A stretch of 63,995 nt of DNA, counting the filler, from Folioceros fuciformis (Eukaryota), in the NCBI GenBank assembly GCA_049999805.1. It is 7 parts of 7 records of this genome, joined end to end, with 100 filler letters (N's around TTAATTAATTAA, not from the genome) between each part and the next. Parts side by side here need not be neighbours in the genome. Positions count along the whole stretch, not along the records: positions 32,380 to 46,252 come from JBNGIO010005074.1; positions 46,353 to 52,750 come from JBNGIO010005075.1; 5 more parts are not named here. The stretch is one strand, 5' to 3'. Below are positions 36,401 to 48,638 of the stretch, piece by piece (within the stretch, counting starts at the first letter, position 1; every line of letters begins with the position of its first letter). The notes beneath the pieces are model-generated. The model saw only the letters and a program-made list of their open reading frames with translations. It searched no databases and was not told the origin of the DNA. The position numbers were made by a program, and so were the translations under genes.

Positions 36401-37283
36401 TTGTACAATTAAGTTTTTGCACCTAGGGGAAAAGAAAAACCAAGCAAAGGGAGGTAGGGTGCTCTACCTTTGCATGCCTCCCCTTGTCACCAAGTTGTAA
36501 GAGTCACTGGAGGTGGGGACGTTAGCTGGCCGATGCCTTGCCTCCCCTTGTCACCAATCTGTGAGAGTCCAAGGAGGGGGTGCTGGCCGACTTCCCCCCC
36601 CACCATTTAGAACATTGGGGGCATGAGTGGAGGGGGGGAGGGGACCGGCCGATCTCTACCTCCCTGTAATGTTTTTTTCCCGGTGCAAACAAGCATTTTT
36701 GCGGAAACCTTTAACCCTAATAGTTGTTGTTCCCATCTCGTTTGTGCAATAATTAAATGACATAAATAGCCTCTCCCATTTTTTTGAAGACTTCCAACAT
36801 TTTATATACAAAGTATCCTAAACCTTGCTAAACAAAGATACTTGAAAATGAGCAGCAAGCTTACTGACAAGGACTTTTCATGTTCATGGTGCCATCGAAG
36901 GACCTTCATGTGCAATACTAGATTGAAAGCCAAAGCACTTTGGACATTAGAGGTTTCTTGCAGCCACAAAAATACTTACTATTGTTTATGGATGTCTTGA
37001 GGGGTTTTCACATAGGTCCTTTGTATGACAAGTTGGTGTGGTGGCAAAACCTCCATGTCTATCTACTAAGGCTTCAACCTCAGTGTCCACACTTATCCCA
37101 CTATCGTTGAGACATCGAGTTTTGTTCCCACGAAGGAGTGTTGGAGCCCTCACTGTTATGGATGGAGGATCAATCCTTCTACTCAAACAATCCACGATAT
37201 CCTGCCAACCCTTAGGAAAACCTACCAAGGACTGTATTCCTACAACTAGACAAACCTCATGACTTTGACACAACACACCAACT

Positions 37284-38081
37284 TGATGACGAATTTGAGG
37301 GCTCTCCTCTAGTTCTAGTCGGGCATATGATAGTCCTCGATGTCCTATGCCCGACTACAGCGTAGCCCTACACATTCCTACTAACTCCCCCACTCGGCAA
37401 GAGTCTCTCAACTACGCTTGCCTCAATAAGAGGAAGAGGAGTCACAATCCTCTTGGACACCACTTCCCAGAACCCTACCAATGACTATGAGAGCATGGCC
37501 AGTACACAAATCCTATTCAGCAAAGAAGCAAGGGGGACTAATTAAGGGAGCAAGACATGACCAACACAATCAAGAATTAAGGGCTCAGTGCTTAACCCTA
37601 GACACCACTCCTCAAGGCTTTACTAGATATAATGCAACCACACAGTTGCCACACGCTGCTTGTGCTAGTCAAGAAGGAACAACCCGAGAGAGTGAGCATT
37701 AAGTGATCAACACAATAAAGAGTCAAGGGCCTAGCCCTTGATTCTGGCCACTGCACCCCATGGTCCTATAAGACGCTATGCAAACACACAATCGGCACCA
37801 CTGCTTGTACCAGAGCAAGCAAGGACACACTAGAAGGCATGCATGACGACATTAATCCTACAAGCTCCCTCTACCTTATAGGAGCCTCCTCTCTTCTACC
37901 TCACCTCTCTCTCTACAAAAGAACTATTATTTTAATAAGTTAACTAAAGTGGCAGGTTGTCACCAGCCACCCATTTAGACTTGCTTAACGCCTATCCTAC
38001 CGTCAGTATAAATGAGCCAGCCAACTTATCTGCTGACTCTACCACCATAAGTACTATCAGCCACTAAACTATTTTAAGACA
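37284..38081 (-). mobile_element. Probable ~0.8 kb LTR with TGG-initiated PBS-like site
   Basis: TG...CA ends, minus-strand TATAA at ~37880, minus-strand TGGTGTG at 37280-37274; no recognisable pol. Confidence 0.35.
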
Positions 38082-38959
38082 TTGAAGATTGGCAGATCTC
38101 TTAGATCTTGTGGGCGCTGCCTCTTGATTGTTGGGTGGCTGCTTACTCGGTCTTCCTTTGAAGCTTTCCTCCTTGTAGCAAGCTCTGTCCCTTGGCCAAT
38201 CATCTCCACTCCATCAACACCACCCTTGACGGCTTTCAAAGTGGCTATCGCGCAGTTCTCATAGGAGGAGAATCCTTTGGTCCTTAGCTAGTCCTAAAAA
38301 ATGTTGTACGGGCCCACGGACGATAGGTTAAACGTACTTGAAGTGAGTTAGTGTCAAGCCACGAAGAACATAGCATGAGTATTAGTGACGAGTTGGAGGA
38401 GCTACTCTCCTACTAGATTTTAATAAGTTAAGGTAGCAAGCAAGCAAATGGCCTATCTACCAAGTAGGCTAGTAGAACTAGTAAATACCGATACAGCCAA
38501 AATTATCTAAGAGGTGGATAGTCTCATAGACGTATAGTGAGAGTCCCCTAGTTTTAGTGAGAGTAGAGGGAGAAGGAGGAAGAGTGATGAGAGAGGAGCA
38601 ACAGATGAAGTTAGCTATGAAAACGGCAGCTCCTATAGCAAAAACGGGCTTAGCCGTAAGGCCTCTTGGCCACCAAAGACAAGCCCCAAGAGTACAAGAA
38701 TAGTCCCCAGACTTTTAAATAGATCAGATAGGTCAAAGAAAAAAGCTAAAAATATTTTATTTTTATTAATAAAAAAGATATGGAAAGTCCCCTCTACTCC
38801 AAAGATAGGAGGAACAACCTGAGTAGGACCAAAAGCCACAAGGGGTTCTAGCCCCTTCAAACATCATTCTCAAAAACTACATACTGCTCCCAAAATGTCA
38901 TGATGTGGAATAATAAAAGCCTAGCTACCACCGGTGTTGAAGAAGCTGCTTGACTTGTG

Positions 38960-40260
38960 CTTGTTGCTGTTCTAAAAACTCGCGTTGGCCAATGCTCTTA
39001 GCAAAGCAATGGATACGCGTTGTCAAAAGAAGGCCACCTCAGAGGAAAGAGGAAGAACACAATTCCTATGACTTTGATAAACCTTTGCGCACTCCTTGAT
39101 GAACCTTGAAAAGTCATTGCTCATGGCCCCATAAGTCTCAAGAGCAAGGGGGATAAAAATATGCTCATCTTGCAGCGAAGAATACTTATGGACTTCAGTG
39201 CTTGCACAACCCTCCGCTGCCCATCCAGGGGTTTGATGATAACATGCTTGCAAATCAAAACCCTAGTGGGATCTGTAATAACCACATCAGCAACAAAAAC
39301 TTGTTCCCCCCTAGTGAGGAAAAAAGTTGTCTCTAAGTGAAACCCCATTGCGAAAAGTACACGGATGCTCCTTGTACGGAAGAAACCCATATTCCCTAGC
39401 CATTGAGAACATGACATCCTGAACTGCATCATGGGTGCAATGCAGTGTCGTCTAGTAGGACAATGTGCCAAATGGGACCTATGTTGACCTTGACAACCCC
39501 ACAACTACATGTAGAGAGAGAAAACGTGAAGGATTGGGCCAAACCTCAGCAAACTCTTATGGCTGTGGCAAAAGTTGCGGGTGCGATTCAAAACGCTTGG
39601 ATGCAAAGTCGAGCCAAAAGCCAAGAGTCCGCTCCTTTACCTGATCATGAGCAAATACGAGCCCGAGAAGACCAGGGATGGATGAGTGTGAAAGAAGGGC
39701 TCTCAGTACTTGGGCATATTGCTTTTCTAGGAGGGAGGCCTGAAGACCCCTTAACCCTTCCCTGGAAAAGGAGGTGAAAGGAGGTAGAGCCTCACAAGCC
39801 TCCAAAGTCAAAGAGCCCCTCGCTTGCCTAAGAGATATTTGTAAAGGGAAAACACCCTCCTAAATGCCTAAGATAGAACCTTAATTGGGTCATGGCAAAC
39901 CTTGTCAACCTTAGCTTACTCCATACAAGATTTTGCTGGTAGTAGATCCTCCTCCTAAAGAGCTTGCCAATCTCTAGATTGAAAACAGCAAAGTCAAGAG
40001 GCCACCTCCCCATGACATGAAGGACTACTCCTAGAGCATAGAAGGCACCACCTAGGGAAGAAAAAGAACAAAATCCAAGCATCCTCATCTCTTGGGTCCT
40101 AAGCAAGGCGATCCTAGGGAAGATGATAAGCAATGCAAATATCATCATGTAGCTACCTAGGGAGATGTTAGAAGGGGTGAGTACACAGAAAATGAGCATG
40201 GAAAAGAGCCAATAAGGGATTAGATTGCCCTCGAAGCTATAACCAAGCCTCTAGGGGCGA
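38960..40260 (-). mobile_element. REL-endonuclease (CRE/R2-group-like) non-LTR retrotransposon relic lacking the RT domain
   Basis: N-terminal AWILFFFFPRWCL...DWQAL block; C-terminal CSCG...H..HC zinc knuckle, VADVVITDP and KY......FIPLALETYG endonuclease motifs; many frameshifts. Confidence 0.72.
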
Positions 40261-40684
40261 GCTTAGGGGATATGTTGAAAGAGAATTGGCAATTGATTCG
40301 GAAGAAGAAGCAAGTCGCACTAGTGCCACCCAAGTGTTCATATCGACACCCTTATGCTTATGACCAATATGATATTTCATTCCCTTGATCTCAAAACAAA
40401 GTTGAAAACACATTGAGCAAGGGGTGCCCTTGACAAGTAAAGGCTACGTGTCATGTGCCATATGATAGAGGTATGTAAAAATTCCTATAAAAAGATATAG
40501 GAACCTTGCAAAAAAAACTTACAATATCAATAATAATAATAACAATATGTGAAAACCCCCAAAAAACCCTTATCATGTGGATCGATAGTTTATGCAGTTC
40601 CATAAATACAGAAAACCAAAACATAGTTGGTACTCCTGATTGTAATCCGTAACCCTATGATGCCCTCCATGTACTATACTCTAT

Positions 40685-41015
40685 GTCATTATTCTCCATT
40701 ATGCCGCTCAACCCTAAACCCATTTTTCTCCACGATGCTGATAAAACCCTAAATCCGTTTCGCTCTACCATGCCGTTAAACTCTAAACCCATTCTGCTCC
40801 ACCATGGTGCTAAATCCTAAACCCATTTTGCTCCACCATGCCACTAAACCCTAAAAACCCATTCTGCTCCACCATGCCACTAAACCCTAAACCCATTATG
40901 GTCCACCATGCCGCTAAACCATAAACCCCCGCTACTATGCTATACCTCTTAAATCTAAACTCATTTTGCTCCACCATGCCGCTAAGCCCTAAACCCTAAT
41001 TGCTTGCTCCACCAT
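40685..41015. repeat. ~34-bp minisatellite (about 9 copies) containing the plant telomere motif CCCTAAA
   Basis: Consensus CCCATTCTGCTCCACCATGCCACTAAACCCTAAA. A separate ~46-bp direct duplication follows at ~41140-41231. Confidence 0.88.
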
Positions 41016-41777
41016 GTCGTTATACCATTCTGACACCAATCTGCTATGCTATTCCTACAGCCCTCCTACCCCACCCCTACACCACTTATACTGTTGATTT
41101 ATATCACTTTATACAACTCCTACACCACACTATCACATCGCGCCTACATCACTTATACCCCTCCTACTCGCTCTTAATTGTATAGCGCCTACATCACTTA
41201 TACCCCTCCTACTTGCTCTTAATTGTATAGCCCTTGCATCCCTCCTACGCACATTGCTTTACTCTACAATGCTCTTGTACCCATCTGTAGAGGAAAAAAA
41301 CTTTCAACACTCCCATTTTGAGTGACAGAATTAGCAAGTTGCGATTTTTTGTGTGAAAGGAGGAGCAAATCGGCTTAGTATGTGAATAAGATAGGGGTAT
41401 TCATACCCAAAAGTGGCCTTGGTCTTTTGGGTGTTTGGGACACTAAAGACCATGATCTGGAAGTGGGTGAGCGAGTGTGTCCTTGGGCCTTGGTGGTTTG
41501 GGGACACTTAGGTGGTTATATATGCACCCCTCCCTTGGAAAATATGGAATAGAAATGAGTAGGGAAGGGGGCTAGCTAGTTGTGGATTTAGGAAAAAGGA
41601 TGGGTTGAGGTGACTGGGCGACGATGGCCAGCGGGGCAATCGTCGCGAAAAGGGCGACTGGTGGTAGTCCAACTGGCAGTAGTGAGAGAAGAAAACGGCC
41701 AGTATAAAAACCCTAAAGGGAAGTCTGGAGGGGAATTAAGTTATTATTCGAAACGTGAAGGGCAGTAACCCGGGAGC

Positions 41778-43610
41778 GTGAAGGTGGCTGGAAGGGAAGC
41801 AGACGCTGAGGCAACAGGACGGGCCGAGGCAAGCAGCGAGTACTCAGCGAGAGAGGAGGGACCGCAGAAGCCGGAGCACGAGGAGGAGGTTGGCAGGATG
41901 AGGTCGCGCCCTGAACTGCTGCCTGGAGTGACAGTACCCGAGCAGGAGGGGGAACTCCCTGTTCCCCGGATCGACCTACTCCTGTGGCCCAACATGGAGC
42001 ACTGGAGGGTCAGAGCAGGAGGGTAGGTGGATGAATTGGGTCTTGGTTTCATGACCCAGAAGTGGAACCATGCAGCGCCACAGTTGGTCAGGGAGTGCAC
42101 CCTGAGGTTGAGGGAACCTGTCCGTGAGAAGGGGATCAGAGGCAAATCGCAGGGGTGGAACCTGGAGCTAGTAAGGAGGGTGTATGGCCATGACCAGCGA
42201 GAAGAGGGAGGATTGGTGTTGGAGCCCTGAGGAAACGGGGAGGTATAGGAGACGCTGAAAAATTGCTCAAACCAGGCACAAAGAAGGAGGCTAACGGATG
42301 GTTGGTTCGCGACATGGCGAGCCCACAGCTGAAGGGTCTGGCCACGTGGTTTCTTAGTTTTCTCCAGGTTCGCAAACAGGATTATCTGTCTGACCAGATG
42401 CTCCTATTTGTGCATGAGGTAGTGAAGGGGACCAAGATTGATTGGGGAAAAATTCAGTATGCCAGGATGGACAAGGAGAGGCAGAATTTGACCCTGCCCT
42501 CTCCTCAGCCCTCGATGATTTTCCCGTTTCTAGTTCATATTTATAGTTATGCTAACCTGGTGTCGGAACTGGAGGTGTTTGCTTCACTGCACATGTGGAG
42601 GCCAATCAGGGATGTAAAATGGAATCATGCTGAGCCAGTGAAGGCTGACTAGCAGTTGGGCGTCGGGGAGTGGGGACAGCTTGGTAGGGGAGGTTCCCGT
42701 CAGGCCTAAGAAGAGGACAGCAGCTCAGAGGAAGACCCTTGCCAAGAGGAGATGGGTCAACGGGCAGAGCACGAGAGGAGGAAGTAGGCCGAAGACACCG
42801 GAGACAGCCCTGGAGTGAACCGAAGGTCAAACAGAGGAGCAGGTTGTACAGGAACAGGAGGTAGAACAGGAGTTCGCTGACCAGGGAGTCACGGATCAAG
42901 GATTGGAGGAGCAGGGGTAGGATGAAGCAGGGCTGAAGGAGCCTCAGGAGCAGACATTAGCCACCGAGTTAATTCCTCCCAGGCATGAGAGCGAATTAGG
43001 GCACGTTTCGGCGCAAGGAGCTTTTTTAGGATGGGAGGAAATCTTCAGGAGCATTCCTCAGAAGGACAGGCTGCAGGTGGGAGACCTGGAGAAGCTGAGA
43101 GAGTTTCTGGGCAAGCAGATTACGGCGAGAGGAATGACTGTTGGAGAAATGCAGGCGGTGGATCTGCCAGGGCTAACTGCCGCGATGGTGCAAGCCCAAG
43201 CAGATCTCCTGGACCAGGCTGCTAGGGCATTGACCTGGCTGATTGTGCAGGTGGAACGGGAAGCCGAGGCCCGAGGAAAGGAAGTAGAGGCATGCCAGCA
43301 GGAGGCTGAAGCACGGAGGCTACTGGCAGAATCAGAGTCGGCGCGGCAACTGCTGGAGGAGAGACAGCGGGTTCTGGATAAGGAGAGGGCACAAGTTGAG
43401 GAAGAGGCATGCCAGGCGAAGGCCGAGGTCCAAGCGCTAAGGGAGCAACAAGGGATCCTACTAGCTCAGGTGAGGGAGGCCCATGAGACTAACCTATAGA
43501 TACAACAGGAGATGGCCAAGGCGCAGGAGCTGGAGATAGCAGTTGTGGAACAGGCCCAGAAGCTGGCTGACAGGTACAAGCGAGAGCGAGACGAAGCTAG
43601 AGAGAGAGTG
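41778..43610 (+). pseudogene. Degenerate antisense accessory ORF of the LTR element (helical domain plus C-terminal coiled coil)
   Basis: Collinear + ORFs 41778-42026, 42027-42230, 42263-42652, 43077-43499 broken by stops and frameshifts; E/Q/A/R-rich heptad-like C-terminus; TATAAAAA at ~41703. Confidence 0.6.
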
Positions 43611-43944
43611 AAGGGGAAGGGTAAGGTTGGGTGCCCAAGTTAAACGGCGACCCCAGTAGCTGAAGGGGCTACCGGTAGTCGAGCAGACTACCGGTAGCCA
43701 AGTAGTCGCCAGGGCTACCGGTAGCCCGGCTGAGCCCAAAGTAGCCGAGGGACTAGCCTTGGGGACCAAGGAAGAAACAGCGAAGGCGCCTGAGCTTAGG
43801 CGCTCTAGGAGATTGATCTGCACCAGAAGGATAGAGCTGGAGGAAGCAACAATTGGACGGGTGAAGGAACTTCAGGTACCCCAAAAAGATGGGGAGCAGA
43901 CAGCTTGAGGTAGCCCAAGGGAGGAAGGGGTAAGCACCTCCTTT

Positions 43945-44433
43945 ATGACAGAAGGTCGGGTTGTGCTGCAGTATGAGGAGGAGGCTTCCTATGTGCCAGG
44001 TCTTTATGTGGAAGGGGCCAGAGTTCTTAAATTGTTTCCGTATGTACGTATGGGCACAGGAGGGACGTGGGGCTACGGCCTGCATCTGAGGACCTGCAAG
44101 GGACTCTACCGCTACAGCTGGTGGATGACAGGCCTGCCCCATTGCTACGCAGAGGCAGCCCTAGAGGAGCTGACGGAAGAAGAGGCCCAACGATGGGTAG
44201 AATGGGAGCCTGTTGCCATCCTCAGTAACCAGAGGAGGAGGGGGAACAGTGGTTCTCAGCGGCGGGGCCCACCTGCGCCGCCGCCGGAAAGGTCCAGCAG
44301 CAGTAGTGATGTAGAGATCCTGTGGGAAGATTTGCCCAATCAGTGGAGGGGTAGGAGAGCAAGAGGGGGACCAGTGAGAGGAGGCGCGCGCAGACTAGGG
44401 GGAAGGCGCCAGCGGTGTGGAGAGAGGCGATAG
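43945..44433 (+). CDS. Uninterrupted 162-aa orphan ORF inside the LTR element
   Basis: ATG to TAG with an aromatic/Gly-rich N-terminal half and an Arg/Gly-rich tail; family not recognised. Confidence 0.45.
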   Translation: MTEGRVVLQYEEEASYVPGLYVEGARVLKLFPYVRMGTGGTWGYGLHLRTCKGLYRYSWWMTGLPHCYAEAALEELTEEEAQRWVEWEPVAILSNQRRRGNSGSQRRGPPAPPPERSSSSSDVEILWEDLPNQWRGRRARGGPVRGGARRLGGRRQRCGERR

Positions 44434-46252
44434 TAATTGCAAGCTAGGATATTGTTCTTTTTGGAATGCTTTTACTTGGACTTGAGCCGCTTGGAATTTA
44501 AGAGCGCCAACTGAACCCTGATAGACTTTATAGCAGAAAGACCGCCACCACCATGTATAAGAGGCCAGTTTGAGGCCCTGGGAAATTAGCAAAAATCAAC
44601 CCAACCACTCAACCTTGCAGGAAACTAGCAATGGCCGTTGCTGGATAGGAGGTCCAGGCAAGCAAGCGCATGATGTGATCTGGGGGTGTGGGTGCAGGTG
44701 GTGGACGCTCCATGACTGAGCCCGGGGACGAGTCGGGAGGTGGAACCTCGCCGAGTGGGAGACGAGCTCCCTAGCTATCCTCAGGGCAATCACGTGGGGT
44801 GGTGAAGACGTCGGAGCCGAATCCACGAGATCGGAGTAGAAGCGGGTATCCCTTCCCTTAGCCCTGGTGTCTCAGCATTCCTTAATTTCATAGGAGAAGG
44901 CCCGGCGGGGCAGGTTCGAGTGTGGAGTCTAGAAAATGTGAACAGGTGAAGAAGCAAGATTGAGAAGGATAGCGAGAGTGAGTGCGTGACGTTGAATGGT
45001 CATCAGGACAGGACTGCGCGACTGGGGGTGTGTATGTGAGAGGTGAAGAGTGGAGGCAGAAGTATGAGAAGGCTGCATGGTGGAAGCCGCCGAGGCCCAT
45101 GTGAGAGAGGAGTGGATTGGAGACCATAATCGAAAAGGGAACCTTTGGAGGCGCGGTGGATGGGGTGCTGCGAATTGTGGACGAGTGCCCGGAGTGAGAG
45201 GAAAAGAGGAGTCATGGAAGTGGAGTCGCTGAGTCGGAGTGATTGAACGCCAACAGAACCCTGGTGTGTAGCTGAAAGGCGATAGAGCGTAAAACGGTCT
45301 GGGATCGGGCTGAGGTTGCATGGATAGATTGGGGTCTGTACTGCCCGAGGTCCATTCACGACTTTATGAGTGTCGATGTGTGCACGACGGACGCTGGTGC
45401 GTTTCGGTCGAGGCACATGAGAACTGGCAAGTAAGGATGGAGGTCTGTGAGTTCGCAGGTGAGCGCGACGAGGAGTAAGTTGCTGGTGGTTTTGGAAGGC
45501 AAAGAATTGGTAAGTAAGTATTAGAGGATGAATCCATGTTAGAGAGAGAGAGGGAGAGACAAAGTGGGACCCACTGGAGTAGCCGAATGGGCGACCGCTA
45601 CTCGAAGGGAAACGGAGGTAGTCCTGAGCAGAAGTAGTCGTAGGGGCGACGAAGTGGTCGAGGAAATTGAAGAAGTGGCCGGAGCTGGGGTCGTCAAGGA
45701 GCCAGGAAGAGTAGGCGCATCCGAATGTGACTTGCGTAGTTGGGGCGTGAAAAGTGAGGGTCCTGAGGAGTTAGGTACCCTTAGGGTAGTAACTGATTTT
45801 GAGAGGAAACCTGTGTAGTTTGACACAAATTATTCCCTTGGGATTGAATCTTAATGCTATAACAACAAAGAGGGTTTGTGTGGACCTCGCTGTACCCCCG
45901 GGTACAATATTTTCCCCCACACCATCCCTCCACACTACTCTACCATACGCCCCACACCACTCTATTGCTCCACACACCTTTTTAAGGAAAAATAAAATTT
46001 TATTTTTTAAAATAAATAAAGGAAAATAAGAGGAAAAAGGAAAGAAATTAAAATTAATAGAAAAGGAATTAAAAGAGAAAATTAAGGGAGAAAAAAAAGG
46101 AGAATGATAATGGGAAGGTAAAAGAAAAAGGGTTTAGGGAATGGGAATGGGAAGCAAAATAGGAGTGGGAGTGTGTCCCACCTGCTCACATTCTCAACTT
46201 GCTCAGGCTCTACTAATCCTCCATGTGCTGCTTTCCTCCCAGCAACATGGGG

Positions 46253-46352
46253 NNNNNNNNNNNNNNNNNNNNNNNNNNNNNNNNNNNNNNNNNNNNTTAA
46301 TTAATTAANNNNNNNNNNNNNNNNNNNNNNNNNNNNNNNNNNNNNNNNNNNN
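46253..46352. other. Artificial contig linker
   Basis: N44-TTAATTAATTAA-N44. Confidence 0.98.
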
Positions 46353-46739
46353 TCATATGGCCCTGACCATGTCTAGGGTTCTATGCCTAGTAACATCCCG
46401 ATGCCACCCGCTCCCATACATGTGATACCTTTCTGACATAGAGGGGAGAGAGAGAAACTCCCGATGTCCCGAAGTTCCCGAAGCTCTAGGTATCACCACA
46501 ATTGAAGATGACGAAGGCCCATCGTACGTAGATCAACTAGAGAAAGAAAACCTTCACGAAAGTTCTTAGACTCCATCAATGGTTGTGTGCAGGAGGAGTT
46601 GGCATGTTTGGTAGATGCTGCAGAACTACGAAGCTTGAAGGAAGCATTCCAAACGAAGCTTGAAGGAAGCATCCCAAGGTCCAAAGGCAAAGGAATGGAG
46701 AGAGGCTGTGGACAATGAATACCACTCACTTACTAAAAA

Positions 46740-46920
46740 TAAAATTAAGACAATCACTCCTCTACTTCTTGGAAGGGAAAACATAGGGTCCAAGTGGACA
46801 TTCAAGTTCAAGCCAAAGGCCAAGAGTAGCATATAGCGCTACAAGGCAAGGACGAAACACATTGAAGTCAAGCACCAAAGGACACACTCGTTGATATTCC
46901 AACTAAGAGTCTAGCCTTAG
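46740..46920 (+). mobile_element. Internally deleted Copia relic (RT N-terminus fused to RNase H C-terminus)
   Basis: IGSKWTFKFK...RYKAR runs directly into TKHIEVKH...DIPTKSL. Confidence 0.65.
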
Positions 46921-47429
46921 AGAAACATATGAAGTTTATAAAGGAAATTAAGTTAGAAATACTTAGATTAAATATGTGTTAATTTCATAATCAGTTATAA
47001 CCAACACCAACAGACCTTGTACATATGGCTCATTATTCAATTATGATAATAACCACTTTTCATTTTCCTAAGCCATCAACTTTCTCGTGCTCGTGGTCGT
47101 ATCCCCAGCCTACTGGCTTCCATCGCGTTATGGTATTAGAGCCAGCATGATTCTACCCACGAGCAATCTCTCCAACTGGTTTGACCCACAGATGAGGAGC
47201 ACTTGAAGATGCCTAGGCGTTGAATCCTTCCGTCTCCTACGCCGATCAGTGATGTCTCTGCTCAGACTGCTACCTGAACGAAGTCCACACAAGACGATCC
47301 AGTGCATCAGCAAAGTTAGGAGTGCAACGCACCTCGTTGCGCCATCTACCTCACACCCTGAGAGTCCTCATCCGGTAAGGCGTTCCTCTGCTCTGTTTCC
47401 CGACAGTTCCGCCCTCAACAAAAGGTGTT

Positions 47430-47662
47430 TAGTGGGAGTGTTAGAAACCCATAGGGTTTGTGTAACACATCTAAACTATAATATGAAGAGTGTATCCTAG
47501 GATATATAGGATAATACCGGGGTCGAGGTATTGTTTATCCTCACTGGGGGTATTGTTATGCTTAAAAGGCTATGTATGTATGTGTGGGCTATCAATCTGA
47601 ATGTACTCAACCAGGGATTGATCTTGGGACTCATAAATCTTGGGACTCACTGTTTTCTAACA
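47430..47662 (+). mobile_element. PPT and 224-bp 3' LTR (47439-47662)
   Basis: AGTGGGAG followed by TGTTAGAAA...TTTCTAACA (perfect 9-bp terminal inverted repeat). Confidence 0.8.
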
Positions 47663-48104
47663 GAATCTTTCATCGCAAAGAGGTGAGCGCGCTTCGCCCA
47701 GATACGCCAGCCACACCCGTGCAGTTTCCAGCTCACTCTCTCACACAGATGTCTCCGTGTGGAGCATATCACCATCTCGGAGGTGAAGGAGCATCTGGTG
47801 CAGGCAGGCTTGGAGATGCGGCTTCTGAAAGCCGCGTAGCGGAACACAGGCAAGCGAAGTCTCAGACAAGGAAATAACGTCGGTGATTTGTTTCCGTCAC
47901 CTAGAAAGCATAGGTACACATACATTGGTCCAAACTTAATCCGGACCCGGCCGTGGAACGAACCACGACACGACCCGAAAACGACACGATATTTGGGACG
48001 TAGTCAGGTGTGTAGGTAGCTTCTACACGTTATGTATGTATGGACTGCGCATGAACAGGCGCCTGATTATTGTGACGGGTTTGTTAGCCCGCCTAGAAAA
48101 GCAA

Positions 48105-48638
48105 TCAGTGGATAGCGTTTTTTGTGATCTTGACGTTTTTGTTCTCGGCGTAGACGTTATTGAAGGCGGGGCCGTGGGAGGGACGCAGGCCGAGCTTGGT
48201 CTGGATGCCGCCGGTGTTGGTGGCCCAGTGCGGGGTACCCAGCGCGTTGTAGAGCACGACGTTGCCGTCACACTGGAGAATGATGAGCTTGGGGCCGTCC
48301 TGAAGACCCGCAGTACCGGTCGCGAAGACGGCGGAGCCGCCGGCCGTGTACACAACGGCGTTACCGTCGCGCTGCAGCAGGAAGTAGCAACCGGTGCCGA
48401 AGCCGTTGGTGTTGGAGGCCCAGATGGCTCTGTTTGAGGAGTACAGCACCAGGTTGCAGTCGTCTTGCATGATGAAGATATAGTTGCCCTCGGTGAGGCG
48501 GGATCCGGCCGCAAGGTAGTAGCCATCCACCAGAGTGTTCCATCCCGCCACCGGCGCCACGCCCTGCAACGCCACCACCAGGCCTAGGATGGCCAGTGCT
48601 GCTGAGCGACCCAGCTGCGTGTATGAACGGCCCGCCAT
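48105..48638 (-). CDS. GNA / bulb-type mannose-binding lectin with signal peptide, intronless
   Basis: ATG 48636-48638; hydrophobic AALAILGLVVALQGVAPVAG; three QxDxNxVxY sites (QDDCNLVLY, QRDGNAVVY, QCDGNVVLY); IWASNT and HWATNT; C-terminal extension; minus-strand TATAAA at ~48717. Confidence 0.93.
   Translation of the reverse strand: MAGRSYTQLGRSAALAILGLVVALQGVAPVAGWNTLVDGYYLAAGSRLTEGNYIFIMQDDCNLVLYSSNRAIWASNTNGFGTGCYFLLQRDGNAVVYTAGGSAVFATGTAGLQDGPKLIILQCDGNVVLYNALGTPHWATNTGGIQTKLGLRPSHGPAFNNVYAENKNVKITKNAIH

Larger units (their letters stand above)
41286..46252 (-). mobile_element. LTR retrotransposon 3' region (3' LTR 41286-41526, PPT, long accessory region); probably Ty3/Gypsy; cut by contig end
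   Basis: 241-bp TG...CA LTR preceded on the minus strand by PPT AAGGGAGGGG; homologous to LTR 52319-52559. No pol is visible, so the superfamily is inferred. Confidence 0.75.
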
